From Flaccisagitta enflata (lineage: Eukaryota): a stretch of 64,000 bases of DNA. Of this stretch, positions 1-12,055 are shown in pieces. Under the pieces are notes generated by a model. It was given only the letters and a program-made list of their open reading frames with translations, was not told the origin of the DNA and made no database searches. Position 1 is the stretch's first letter. Each line of letters starts with the position of its first letter. The translations under genes were made by a program, and so were the position numbers. The DNA is taken from contig OZ231126.1 of NCBI GenBank assembly GCA_965153355.1, forward strand, positions 17,298,001 to 17,362,000, given 5' to 3'.

Positions 1-348
1 GATTATTGTGTCGAAAAGTGTAAAGACGTGTATTTCCACCCATGCCCCTGCCCATGCCCCTCGTCCGAAAGGATATTGTAGGTTGTAACCCCGAGTTACT
101 TGTTTCTATCTATGATCATGTTTGTGGTGGAAAAGATAAGAGGGCACGCCACAAGATTGCGCAGGTGGCATCCTTGAAGCAAGTAACGCGGGGTTACGAT
201 ATCGCCGCGGACGGGCGGGCAGGGGTGTACAACCACTCTCCACACACACGCAGCATCTCAATTGCTGTTTTCACAGTGCAGTTATGGACCAACAGAATGG
301 CGAACGGACCTAAGAACTGATGGACCTGACGGACCTGACGGACCTGAC

Positions 349-385
<37 letters not shown>

Positions 386-420
386 TTTTTTTCGTTTTTG
401 TTTTTTGTTTTTTTGGTTTG

Positions 421-508
<88 letters not shown>

Positions 509-537
509 CTCTCTCTCTCAATCACTCTCTCTCTCTA

Positions 538-705
538 AGTCGCGGACACGCGACTCTACACCTTGCCGTGTTGGACGGTCAGTTGTTCCATCTGTCGGTC
601 TTTCCCTCCGTCCGTCCGTCTGTCACAGTTTTGAACTGCAAGCAGTTTTTGCATTACAGCCCCTGCCCAACCGTCCGCGACGCTGGTGCCGTGTTTCCGG
701 CCTTG
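538..705 (+). mobile_element. Short HINE/DINE-1-like element, family A
   Basis: AGTCGCG-gaca-CGCGACT hairpin, (GTCC)n, 3' subTIR CCGCGAC, hairpin GCCGtgtttcCGGC, then CTTG. Confidence 0.7.
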
Positions 706-873
706 ACTTTCCCAACTACTGCGGCAAACGTCACTTCCGCCACTGGCATCATGGTTCCCATCGCCCTTCAGCAATCATTGTCATTTGATTCCTTCTGAAT
801 CAATGAGCGTAAAATGAACCTTATCTTCATTTGTGACATAATGATTTGATTCAGAAAGAGTTAAAATGATAGT

Positions 874-1292
<419 letters not shown>

Positions 1293-1331
1293 ATAGGAGG
1301 GGGTTTCACTTAATCAATTTTTTCCACTTAC

Positions 1332-1392
1332 TAGGAACAACGAGTGAATGTCCTCTGCAGGAGTTCCTTGCTCCCACGATTGATGCCGTTTT
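1332..1392 (-). CDS. Possible next exon (KTASIVGARNSCRGHSLVVP+1 nt)
   Basis: Acceptor ttttaatattccAG| in phase 0 and consensus donor |GTAAGT, open frame. No recognisable motif, and no compatible following exon was found in 1-1300. Confidence 0.35.
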
Positions 1393-1589
1393 CTGGAATA
1401 TTAAAACATCATCAGTAAATTCAATCAAGTTTTGGTCAACAACCTTTGGCATTTCCGTCGCCAGCGAAAAAGCAGGGAGAACGCAATGAGGAAGGCACGA
1501 GTTAACACAGAAAAAAGACACACAGACAGACACACACATTGACACACATATGAATAGTGTGTCTATTCAACACACGAAAATACAAGCAC

Positions 1590-2349
<760 letters not shown>

Positions 2350-2353
2350 TTAC

Positions 2354-2454
2354 GATGGTATCCGCGTCATTTTTCCAGTCCAAAACGCGTAGTTGAGCTT
2401 TTAAAACTTCCCCGCGCGACGAATCATTCGTTACCTCGCAGACGATCACACGCT
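2354..2454 (-). CDS. ush: Exon encoding PR-domain C-terminal part (E-RVIVCEVTNDSSRGEVLKAQLRVLDWKNDADTI)
   Basis: Acceptor ...tttcttacacgtgtgcAG|, phase 1 start matching the previous exon, 101 nt, donor |GTAAGT. CEVTxxxxxGEVL corresponds to the PR/SET 'GEEL' motif. Confidence 0.75.
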
Positions 2455-2499
2455 CTGCACACGTGTAAGAAATGAGGGGGAATTAATCTTTTAATGTTT

Positions 2500-3405
2500 A
2501 ACAAGGCCAAGAGATGTCCAATAGATACGTCCTCTTTAGATGTAAGATATTAAAATACAATTTATCAAGATGTAAAGATATCAAGATATAATGATAAGAA
2601 GATGTAAAGATATTGAGATATTGAGATAAACATAAAAATATAAACTGATTACTACCTCACCCCTCCCCCCGCCTCCCCACCGCCCACGCCTCCCCAACCC
2701 CCCATGCCTCCCCAACCCCCCAACCCCCCCACCGCCTCCTCACCCTCACGCCTCCACACCACCACGCCTCCACACCCCCCCGCGCCTCCCCAACCCCCCA
2801 CGCCTCCTCATCCACCCCATACCTCCCCATCCCCGCCCAGGCCTCCCCATTCCCTCATCCCCCCCACCTCCTTCCCACAAAGAGACATAAAGGGACATGG
2901 AGAGACATGGAGAGACCTTAAGAGACATGAAGAGACATGAGAGAAAAATTGGAGACATGAAGAGACATGAATAGACATGTAGAGACATGAAGAGACATAA
3001 GAGACCTAAGAGACCAATGAGATATAAAAGACATAACAGGCATTAGAGACATAAGAGACATAAGAGACATAAGAGAAATATAGGAGCCATGAGAGTCAAA
3101 ATACTCAAAAGAGACAAAAGAAAAAGAGACGAAAGGGACAAAAGAGATGAAAGAGACGAAGGAGACGAAACTGATGAAAGAGAGTAAAGAGACATAAGAG
3201 ACATATAGGAGCTATGAGAGACAAAAGAGACAAAAAAGACATAAGAAATATAAGAGACAAGAAGAGACGTGAAGAGACAAAGAGAGATGAAGGGAAAACC
3301 CTAAAAATCGCATTTTAAAAATTTCGCGTTCCGGACGGACATTCAGACAGACATTCAGACCAAGGGACACACCCTCTTATAGAGATGCGAGGACGCATCT
3401 AAAAA
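2500..3405 (-). mobile_element. HINE-like element with expanded GAGACAT-type internal repeats
   Basis: AACAAGGCC at one end and AGATGCG-agga-CGCATCT-AAAAA at the other, with GGAC repeats adjacent. Confidence 0.6.
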
Positions 3406-3731
3406 TAAGTTTAGCTCTAGAAGACAACGTGATCTCGTGCGCTAGATATGATTCCCAACGAGTTTGCTCAATTTCAGTGACGTCAAACTCGTGCTTTGTT
3501 ATTGAATGAAGTTCCAACGATTCGATGACTCAACAGTGGATTAGTTATGTTTTATCACTATATAGTATATGATGAAGACCATGAATGAATGAGGGCAATT
3601 ATGAATGTTTCAATATTCTTGAGTCATTTAGAATGTGTAAACCTGCTGTTTTGTAGTTTGATTGACATTTCCCTTCATTTATTCCCAGAAAACAAACTCA
3701 AACCAATTAAGAACATTTTTCATTTAAGGTT

Positions 3732-4120
3732 AAACAAGCCCAAGAGGGCAACAGTCGCGTGCGTCTGGAAATGACAGACAAAATGTTAAAAATGTCAGGT
3801 AATATTAAAGAATGTTAAAAAATGTTAGATAATGTTAAAAAATGTTAAGAAATGTTAAAGAATGTTAAAAAATGTTAAAAAATGTTAAAAAATGTTAAAA
3901 AATGTTAAAAAGCCAAAAAAGTCAGAAAGTGTTAAAAAATGTTAGATAATGTTAAAAAATGCTAAAAAATGTTTAAAAATGTTAAAAAATGTTAAAAAGC
4001 GTCAAAAAACGTCGAAAATTTAAAAATGTGACGGACCGACGGACGGACGGACCAACCTACCGACCTACCGACCTACCGACCGACACGGCAAGGTGTAGAG
4101 TCGCGTGCATGCGACTAAAA
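3732..4120 (-). mobile_element. HINE family A with (AATGTTAAAA)n internal array
   Basis: AAACAAGCC...AGTCGCGTG start, 10-bp tandem array 3780-4025, (GGAC/CGAC)n, end AGTCGCGTGCATGCGACTAAAA. Confidence 0.7.
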
Positions 4121-4169
4121 ACTTAAAATTAATAATTTACAAACGTTTAAGCTTTGAAGTTGCCAAAAT

Positions 4170-5703
4170 TTAGGAACATTGCCCGTTGCCCCTATGTGAC
4201 TGTATGTGGATGTGTGATTGTGAGAGGGCCAGCGCACTGTGGGCTGCATCATGCGCTAGGTGGCTCATTGGGGATTAACATTATATCTTTTCCATTACAT
4301 TGTTCCTTATGAAATATACAGAGTGAAAAACATTTTTCTGCGTACTTTCAGATGTTATGAAACTATTTATATCCAATATTGACTCATTTCTATTAGATTA
4401 AGAGCTTTATGAGCCTAGAGTACAAAAGAAGAAAAATTTGAGAAAATAAAGTGAAAAATACTGCTAAACTCTCTTAGATTTAGTATTTAAATTGTCTAAT
4501 GTTTTGACATAATCAATGAAATTTTTGTCTTTGTTCAATACAAATCCTTAATAAGGTGCTAAAAAAAAATCATTTTTTTGCTCATTTAGCTCATTTTGCT
4601 CATTTTTCCTCCAATCAAATATAGATTTTTACTTTTATCCACAATATTACTTGTCCATTTTAGGCCAAGAAAATCGCAATTTGGACGTCAAAGGCCCGCT
4701 TGAGCCATAGCATTCTGGATTCAGGACCCCTTGAACTACATTTTGGCATAGGTGGCTCATTGTGCGTTCTTGTGCGATTTTTTATATTCATAGGGTAATA
4801 AAAGCATGCAAATTAGGTCAAATATGTAGTAATAGTAGACTAATTTTATAGTGCTAAAAATGTAGAAAATAATGATTTTTTAGAATTTTTCCAGACATTT
4901 AAACATTAATGAAGGAATCCAATCCAATATTGAAGATATCATGAGCTTTTAGTAATCTTAACAGATAATCCAAAAAATTCTTTGATTTTTCTTTAAATGT
5001 AGCATTTTTCGTAGTAATGTCGATTTAGGTCGCCTTTTTTCACTCTAAATAGCCATAAAACCTGTCATATAGACCGGTAATGTATGCTCAAATGCTACCA
5101 TGACCATTCTACTTAGTTTGAGCCATATAGCAGAGATGAAAATTTTCACCCAAATACCCAAGGAGCCATCTAGCGCAATCCGTGGCCCTTAGTGCAGCGG
5201 CCCCAAACGGGCCGATGACCTATGCTCACTGCTCTGTATGTTTTGAGGCATGAGGCTGAGATTTGAGCCTTGATGCTGGGGTTTGACCCTCAAGACCAGA
5301 ATTTAACTTTGAGGATGGAATTTGAGCTATGAGGCTGGGAATTTAGTCTCCATGCTGGGAATTGAGCCACGAGGCTGTGATTGAAGCCTCAACACTGTGA
5401 ATTGAGCCTTGAGGCTGGTAACTGAGCCTCTAAGCTGGGATTTGAGCATCGAAGCTGGGATTTGAGCCTCAAGGCTGGGATTGAAGCCTCAATGCTTGGA
5501 TTTGAGCCTTAAAACTGGGATTTGAGACTGGGATTTGACCCTCTCGAGCTCGAGGCTGGAAATTGAGCCTCGAGGCTGGGATTTGAGCCTGGGGGGGGGG
5601 AGGGAGGGACGGAGGAGGAGATGGAGGAGAAGGAGATGAAGGAAAAATCCTGCATATGTGAAAGCATAGGTCATCGGCCCCTTTCGGGGCCGTTGCCCAA
5701 AAA
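4170..5703 (-). mobile_element. HINE family B-related element interrupted by the Transib-like MITE
   Basis: SubTIRs GCAGCGGCCCC..GGGCCGATGACCTATGC (5194-5226) and GCATAGGTCATCGGCCCC..GGGGCCGTTGCCCAAAA (5664-5703). Internal TTTGAGCCTCGAGGCTGGGA tandem repeats. Confidence 0.65.
4235..5194. mobile_element. Non-autonomous Transib-like DNA transposon
   Basis: Imperfect ~40-bp TIRs starting CACT (CACTGTGGGC...TGCGCTAGGTGGCTC vs CACTAAGGGC...TGCGCTAGATGGCTC). 5-bp TSD CAGCG at 4230-4234 and 5195-5199. Confidence 0.8.
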
Positions 5704-5981
5704 GTGTATCTCCATTTACACTTTTTTCAGTTTTTAAGGACCAGTTAAATTCTTCTGAGCCTGGATTGTCCTTAAATCTTTGCAAATTTCAGGCTGAAAT
5801 GTTCTCAGCGTGTTCTATATATTTTTCTATGATTTTTTTACCATGAAGTTGAAGTTGAAGTTGAAGTTTAGTACCCCTGGGCAGATCTTTGGATCCACAT
5901 GGCGGGGACCTCTATATGAGTGATGCGTGCAATCCGACGTTCTCTTTCCTATTGGACTGTATCGTAATGTTCCAATAAGCG

Positions 5982-8783
5982 TTATTGCACTGTCGTCGTA
6001 TTTTTTTTCCATGCATCATATGCATTCTTGAATGCATTAACAGACTTTTTTTCCTTGACGTCATCCGGTATCGAATTCCAGGTTTTCACCGCTCTAACAT
6101 TAAAGAAATTCCGTCGAATTTCCAGTCTCGCTGCTTCCTCTTTAAGCACGTTTTCTCTCCTCTGCTCCTTCCCTTCCGTTATTTTCGTGTTCCTCCTTGT
6201 TGGTCTCGAGTCTTCTTCCTCCAATCTAAACCATTTCTCTTTTTCTACCTTATTAAATCCATTGAGGATTTTAAAGGTTTCGATTGCGTCTCCTCTTTCT
6301 CGCCTTTCCGTCAACGTTGTAAGGCCTATTTTTTCCAATTTTTCCTCGTACGATCCTCCTTGGACATCAGAGAGCATTCTTACCATACGTTGCTGTACTT
6401 TCTCGAGTGTTTTTTTGTCTCCTTCTTGCCACGGGGACCATGCTTGAACGGCAAATTCGAGTTTCGGTCGAACAAATGTTTTGTACAAGGGCACCATCGT
6501 CTTTTTGGTTCTGAAGTGGAAGCTCCTCTGAATTTGTCCAAGCGCGAAGTTTGCGGCTTTTGCTGCGGCTGCGCACTGCTTCCCTGGCTTCGCCGTCGCT
6601 TCCATCCACACTCCCAAGTCTTTTTCTTCCGTCGTCTCTCCGATCTGTTGACCTTTCATGAAGTAATCAAATCTTGGATTGTTCTTTCCTAAATGCATAA
6701 TTTTGCATTTGTCGGCATGGAAAGTCATTCCCCACGTGTCCGCCCATGTCGTCAATTGATCGATTATCTCCTGCATTTGTCTTGCTTCCTCTTGATTTCT
6801 TATCACTTTTGCGACTTTAGTATCATCGGCGAATAAGAGAACTAAGGCGTTCAGCACTACTTTGCAGATGTCATTTATAAACACATCGAAGAGTGTTCCA
6901 CCGAGCACTGATCCCTGCACCACGCTGCTGAGAACCGTCACCCATTCAGAGAATGCTCCTTCGACTTTGACTCGCTGCCTCCTTCCTTGCAACCAGTCTC
7001 GTATCCATCTTAGCAACTTCCCCTTTATGCCAAATGCTTCTAGCTTTATCATTAACCTCTTATGGCAGACCTTATCAAAGGCCTTGGCAAAGTCGAGGTA
7101 TAGAACGTCATATGGTTTGCCGTCCTCGATCCATTTTGTTGTTTCATTATTGAATTCAATAATGTTTGTCATTACTGACCGTCCCGCACGAAAACCATGC
7201 TGCTCGTCGGCAAACAGCTTGTTCTCTTCTATGTATTTCGTCATTGCCTCCTTCACAATGCGCTCCATCAGCTTTCCGCTCACATTCGTCAGACTCACTG
7301 GTCTGTAATTGGCGGGGTCCGATTTTTTTCCTTTTTTATATATTGGCGTCACTTCCGCGTCGCGCCATTCATCTGGTATTTGACCTGTCTCCATTGATTT
7401 TTTGAAGAGAATCGTTAACGGTTCCGCAATTTCGCTTTTCAATTCTTTGATAACACGTGGCGTGATCCCATCCGGTCCACCGGCTGATTGTTCCTTCAGG
7501 TTATCAATCACTCTCATCACCGTTTCTTTTTCGATTTCGACGTCTTCAATCTCCACATCGTTCTTCTCCACTTCGATTGTCGGTAGCTCGTTGTTAATTA
7601 CTGTAAACACTGACGCGTACTGTTGATTTAGTACATTCGCTTGGGGTCCCGGCTCCGTTATCACATTTTTTTCTCGATCCACCAACGGTCCTATTCTGCA
7701 TCGAGTCTTTTTTGCCTTATTGATAAAGGCATAAAACATTTTCGGATTCGATTTGCGACATTCCGCCACCTTTCTCTCAAAGGCGTTCTTCTTTTTTCTG
7801 ATTTTTTTCTTCACTTCATTCACCCGTTTTTTGTACTCATCTCGGTCTCTTTCCTTCTTCGACTCCTTCCACTTCTTCCAGGCCTTTTTCTTCTCCCGTA
7901 TACATCGCTTAATGTCAATATCCATCCATGGCGGAACTTTGTTATTTCTCCTTTTCTTGAATGGGATGAACTCGGACATCAATTTCTGTACACATTCCCT
8001 CAGCATCACCCACATCTCGTTGACAGTCTTTCCCGTAAATCGTCGTTTCCAGTCTATTTTTGCCATTTCTGCTCTCATTTCATTGAATCTTGCCTTTTCG
8101 TAATCCATCGCCAAATCTTTATCACTCGTTTTTTCCGTTTTAACCGTCATTTCGAATGCTATCAGATCGTGGTCGCTCTTCCCCACTCGGCACTCGTTTC
8201 TAACATCTTTAATCATTTCTTCTCGGTTACAGAGCACAAGATCTAGAAGATTGCCGCTTTTGTGAGTCGGTTCCGTGACTAGTTGATCCATGAATTTTTC
8301 CGTTGTAGTTTCAAAGAATTCATGCCCTTTGTTTCCGGATCTCCCATTTGCCCAATCAATATCCGGAAAGTTGAAATCTCCTATCAACACATTCCCTCCG
8401 CGCATTTCTCCTATCCACTTACACAGATCTTCATCATTTGTTTTGCTTGAATTCGGTGACCGATATATCACATGTAATTTCACACTGTCCCGGCCATCTT
8501 TGATTTCGATTGTTGAGCTCTGGTTGAATTCCGTCTTTTCTTCCACTTGACGAGCATTCAAGTTTCTCCTCGTATATATTAGAATACCACCGCCTCTCCC
8601 TTTCTCTGTGTCATTTCGATCTGATCTCACCAACAGTTCGTATCCATCTACCACTAAGAACTCGTTACCGATCCCCCCGTGCGTCCACGTTTCGGTGAAA
8701 GCCATCACATCTGGCTTCTCTATCGTCATCATTGCTCTTACTTCATCAATTTTATTGACTATGCTTTGAACATTTCCGAACAT
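5982..8783 (-). CDS. LINE ORF2: APE endonuclease + reverse transcriptase (933 aa from first ATG)
   Basis: Endonuclease motifs FTETW, GGGILIY, IYRSPN, IGDFNFPDIDW, LLDLVL, SDHD. RT motifs NYRPVSLT, QHGFR, YLDFAKAFDKV, QGSVLG, FADD. CR1-type C-terminus RRERGDAIETFKIL...RNFFNVRAVKTWNSIP. Confidence 0.96.
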   Translation of the reverse strand: MFGNVQSIVNKIDEVRAMMTIEKPDVMAFTETWTHGGIGNEFLVVDGYELLVRSDRNDTEKGRGGGILIYTRRNLNARQVEEKTEFNQSSTIEIKDGRDSVKLHVIYRSPNSSKTNDEDLCKWIGEMRGGNVLIGDFNFPDIDWANGRSGNKGHEFFETTTEKFMDQLVTEPTHKSGNLLDLVLCNREEMIKDVRNECRVGKSDHDLIAFEMTVKTEKTSDKDLAMDYEKARFNEMRAEMAKIDWKRRFTGKTVNEMWVMLRECVQKLMSEFIPFKKRRNNKVPPWMDIDIKRCIREKKKAWKKWKESKKERDRDEYKKRVNEVKKKIRKKKNAFERKVAECRKSNPKMFYAFINKAKKTRCRIGPLVDREKNVITEPGPQANVLNQQYASVFTVINNELPTIEVEKNDVEIEDVEIEKETVMRVIDNLKEQSAGGPDGITPRVIKELKSEIAEPLTILFKKSMETGQIPDEWRDAEVTPIYKKGKKSDPANYRPVSLTNVSGKLMERIVKEAMTKYIEENKLFADEQHGFRAGRSVMTNIIEFNNETTKWIEDGKPYDVLYLDFAKAFDKVCHKRLMIKLEAFGIKGKLLRWIRDWLQGRRQRVKVEGAFSEWVTVLSSVVQGSVLGGTLFDVFINDICKVVLNALVLLFADDTKVAKVIRNQEEARQMQEIIDQLTTWADTWGMTFHADKCKIMHLGKNNPRFDYFMKGQQIGETTEEKDLGVWMEATAKPGKQCAAAAKAANFALGQIQRSFHFRTKKTMVPLYKTFVRPKLEFAVQAWSPWQEGDKKTLEKVQQRMVRMLSDVQGGSYEEKLEKIGLTTLTERRERGDAIETFKILNGFNKVEKEKWFRLEEEDSRPTRRNTKITEGKEQRRENVLKEEAARLEIRRNFFNVRAVKTWNSIPDDVKEKKSVNAFKNAYDAWKKNTTTVQ

Positions 8784-8788
8784 CACCT

Positions 8789-9841
8789 TTATCTTGTTGG
8801 TGCCCGCTCCTCCCACCACACCACTTTCCGTTCTCCTTTCACTGTTCTCACCCTGTACTCTCCTCCCGTTCTGCCCTCGTTTTTTGCTTCGTCGTTGAGC
8901 CGGTCTCTTTCTTCCTTCAGCTCCTTCTCCTTTTTCTTTCCTTCTTCTCTTTGCTTCTTCGTAAGATCAGGTGACACGAAAACCTCCTTCCATCCTGTTC
9001 TCCGCCCCAGCAGGTATGCCTTCTGGAGGATCGCTTCTCGAGTTCCCTCATCCGTCATTTTGACGATGAGGGGGCGTTTTTTCTCCCGAGTTTTGGCTCC
9101 GGCTCGGAACTTTACTTCCACCGATCCTTTGACTTCAACGCCAATCTCTGCGGCGATGCGTTTCACGATTTCGGCGTCGTCGGCTTTCTCCTCGTCGTCG
9201 GTTTTATCCGATTCTGGCGCGCCGTACACCACGATGTTTGAGCCGCGTTCTTCCATTTCTCTCATCTCTGAGGACACCTCTTCCCTCACTTCCTTCTTTG
9301 CTTGCTCCATCCCGGTCTCGATCTCTTTTTCTATCTCCCCCACTTTTTCCGTCACTTGTTCGCTTTTGGCCTGCATGAGTGCTAGCTGGGCCTGTAGCGC
9401 TTCAATCATGGCCTTCATTGCCGCCCTTTCAGCCACTGCTGTCGCTTCCCGTTGCTCCAGCTGTTCGACTTTAGCACGAACCGTCATTAAGTCTCCATTC
9501 AGCCTTGGCGCCACTTTCATGCACGTGTTGCACAAGTATCTTCCGGTTCCAAACAGGTGGTAGATCGCGTCGCCCATCTCGAGATGTTCCGACGTCGCGT
9601 TGTCCATGCATTTAATGTGAAACCACTGCCTGCAGAGTGCGCAGGGCAGGCCTTCACTCTGCAGCGCGCATTCTTTGCTACATTGACCACAAAGTTTTTT
9701 TGTATCTCCTTGTCCTCGCTTTTCCCTTGAGCTGCTTGGCGTCCCTGTTCCCTCGTCGTTTTTATCGCTCTTGTCCGATTTTGCCGCTTTTTTTCCATCA
9801 CCGCCCATTCTTGTTGCGTCGCGTGGGTGTGGCGTCTTCAT
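8789..9841 (-). CDS. LINE ORF1: PHD finger + coiled coil + RRM-like domain (350 aa)
   Basis: C4HC3 pattern CGQC...CALCRQWFHIKC...CNTC, a heptad-rich segment, then SNIVVYGAPES...KRPLIVKM...VFVSPDLT typical of CR1/L2 ORF1. Confidence 0.9.
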   Translation of the reverse strand: MKTPHPRDATRMGGDGKKAAKSDKSDKNDEGTGTPSSSREKRGQGDTKKLCGQCSKECALQSEGLPCALCRQWFHIKCMDNATSEHLEMGDAIYHLFGTGRYLCNTCMKVAPRLNGDLMTVRAKVEQLEQREATAVAERAAMKAMIEALQAQLALMQAKSEQVTEKVGEIEKEIETGMEQAKKEVREEVSSEMREMEERGSNIVVYGAPESDKTDDEEKADDAEIVKRIAAEIGVEVKGSVEVKFRAGAKTREKKRPLIVKMTDEGTREAILQKAYLLGRRTGWKEVFVSPDLTKKQREEGKKKEKELKEERDRLNDEAKNEGRTGGEYRVRTVKGERKVVWWEERAPTR

Positions 9842-10020
9842 TGACGTGTCGTTTCGTTGACGTTTTGTTGACGCAGCGTCTCGTTGACGCGGCGACGTTG
9901 ATGCGGCGTAGACGCGGCGGCGTTGACGCAGCGTTGACGCGGCGACGTTGACGCAGCCTTGATGCGGCGACGTTGACGCAGCGTTAATGCGGCGGCGTTG
10001 ACACGGCGTCTCGTCAATGC
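9841..10020. repeat. CpG-rich tandem repeats (GCGACGTTGACGC-type units) in the LINE 5'UTR
   Basis: Repeated gttgacgcggcgac / gttgacgcagc units immediately upstream of ORF1. Confidence 0.8.
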
Positions 10021-10414
10021 TTCGATCCGTCCACCGAATCGCTTCCCACGTGACTTTTCTCGAGTTTTTGATATTTGAGTCTATACATGCACGATATTCA
10101 CGTTTGCTATTCGAGTCTATACACGTTTGAATTTTAAATCGAGCACCGTGATCGCAATAATCGAGTTTTCATCAGTGCCCAGAAGCTTTTGAGTCTTATA
10201 AATTGTTCAGGGATTGTTTTCAACGATGGTCCCTCCGCCCGAGATCGTCGTATCTCCCAGGGCCTCCGTTCAAATCAATATCTGAAAACTTTTAATTAAG
10301 CAAATAAAAGAATTTTATTAGCTGATATTATACTCATCGAAATAACTTATGTTCAGTATGAGTAAATACAAGTTGAATATGATAGTTACTACTTTGAAAC
10401 AAAGAAATATGTTA

Positions 10415-11398
10415 CAGTATGTTTCATCTCGACTGGAACGAAAGATGACGGCGTCATTTGAAAACGAAAAAAGTCAATGAAATTCTGAAAAAAGTTTCTG
10501 AAACTGCATGTTTTGGCATATGTTCATGCTATGTTTCAGCCTTCCATGTCTGTCAGTGAAGCCTCTACCTAAATTTGAATGGATCCTATAATTTTATTTC
10601 CTCTCAACCAAGGCAAAAAAAAAAAAAAAACTTGTTTTCCTTGTTTCTGTTTTCACATGGGCCTGATCTACAGAAAATTCATGACCAATTGAAAACTCTG
10701 AGAAAAATCTTCCAAATGTGACGTTGCTGGTTGCTGTAGCTTTTTTCGTTTAGAAATAGCATGGGTTTGAAGCAAAATATTGCAGATTGAAAAAAATGCA
10801 AATTTGTTTGTTTTTTCAATGCACAAGTTTGATCGTTACATATTTTTTCATGATGCAACACAAGGTTTTCAAAGCTACTTGACATCCATGAGCAAATTAA
10901 ACTGCTTCAAATTTTCTTTAATATGCCGTTGAGAACAAGTATTCAACTCAATACCTTTGATCTCTACAAAATGACAAGTAAAAACATGAAAATCCTCTGA
11001 TGAGTTTTCAAAATCCTGACAACCTGTCTTCATCTTAATGCCATTTCTAAACGGATGAAGCAAGGACAACCAGCATGGGCTCATTTGAAAGATCTTTCAC
11101 AGAGCTTCAAAATGATCATAGATTTTGCTATGTTTTTCTCATTGCTTGGATGTTAAACACTGACAAACATGTCGATGATGATTGCCTGAAATTCAAAGGG
11201 AAAAAAGAAGCAAGAGAAAAGTGATAGTCTCGCTTCAAATTTAGATAGAAGCTTACATAATTGGCATGGAAGGTTGAAACTTGGCATGAACAAATGCCAA
11301 AACATGCAGTTTCAGGAACATTTTTCAGAATTTGATTATCTTTTTTTGTTTTTGAATGACACCGTCATCTTTCGTTCCAGTTGAGATGAAACATACTG
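10415..11398. mobile_element. Tc1/mariner-type MITE with long TIRs
   Basis: TIRs of at least 130 bp (CAGTATGTTTCATCTC...CCTTCCATG), flanked by TA at 10413-14 and 11399-400. Confidence 0.85.
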
Positions 11399-11612
11399 TA
11401 TTAAACAAAAAATGTTGCAAATTTCTATAGATAAGATGATTTCCTCTTAAATTTGTGTAAAAACAATTTGAATTGTCAATCAAAATATTTTTTTTTATAA
11501 ATCTGAGGCTGGGCTTTATCCTTAAAATATCCTTAACTTTTGGCAAAATTTCAGCCTCGTTGCCCTTATAAACTTTGTCCTTACTCAATAAAAAGAGTGT
11601 AAAATTTCTTAC

Positions 11613-11739
11613 CATGTGGCAAGTACAGAATTTCGACGTTCTTTTGCTCATGGTCCTCGGGAGATTGAAGTAGTTGCAACCATTGTCCTGCAGGGTGCGC
11701 AACTAATAAGATCACGAGCTCGTTCTCCGTGTTCCGAAG
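11613..11739 (-). CDS. ush: Exon encoding central PR domain (LRNTENELVILLVAHPAGQWLQLLQSPEDHEQKNVEILYLPH)
   Basis: Strong acceptor ttctttcttttctcAG|, phase 0 start, 127 nt, donor |GTAAGA in phase 1. W-L-x-L-L...E-Q-x-N-V corresponds to the PR motif WMRYV...EQNL. Confidence 0.8.
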
Positions 11740-12055
11740 CTGAGAAAAGAAAGAACATCGAGGGAAAAGCCTTGAGAGTCTGTCTCGAAACACACTCGAC
11801 TGATTCGCGAAGTGAAATCCTGGGCTTAAATCCATCCTTAAATGGATATCCCTTGATTTAGAGCTTACATATAAGAATTAGTCATAGCGACAAGCAACTT
11901 AAAAGCTAAAATCGATAGATTTCAACTCAAGGATTTTCATTCGAAAGAAATACTACTTCGCGATTTACAATTAAACAAAGTAAGTGTGGAAAACGTTAAT
12001 GAATGTTGGACAACGTCTCTACTCAAACCCAAATTAACTTAAAGATGAGAGCCTG

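Larger units (their letters stand above)
5844..10270 (-). mobile_element. Full-length CR1-clade LINE retrotransposon
   Basis: Two intact ORFs, a CpG-rich 5'UTR with tandem repeats, and a short 3'UTR with hairpin (GATC-caaa-GATC) ending in an (AACTTC)4 tail at 5844-5868. The 5' boundary is approximate and no TSD was seen. Confidence 0.92.
5719..11599. mobile_element. Old MITE (same family as 15370-15804) split by insertion of the CR1 LINE and a Tc1/mariner MITE
   Basis: Ends TA|CACTTTTTT...TAAGGAC and GTCCTTA...AAAAAGAGTG|TA are inverted counterparts. Internal motifs (ctgagcct, aatttcag(g)c, aaatctgaggctg) are shared with the intact copy at 15370. Confidence 0.55.

Noticed and set aside
706-796. 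Possible further exon of the minus-strand gene
   Set aside because: All three frames after the AG at ~796 hit stops within about 50 nt and no donor precedes them.
5985-9563. Plus-strand ORFs of 66-294 aa
   Set aside because: Antisense shadows of LINE ORF1/ORF2.
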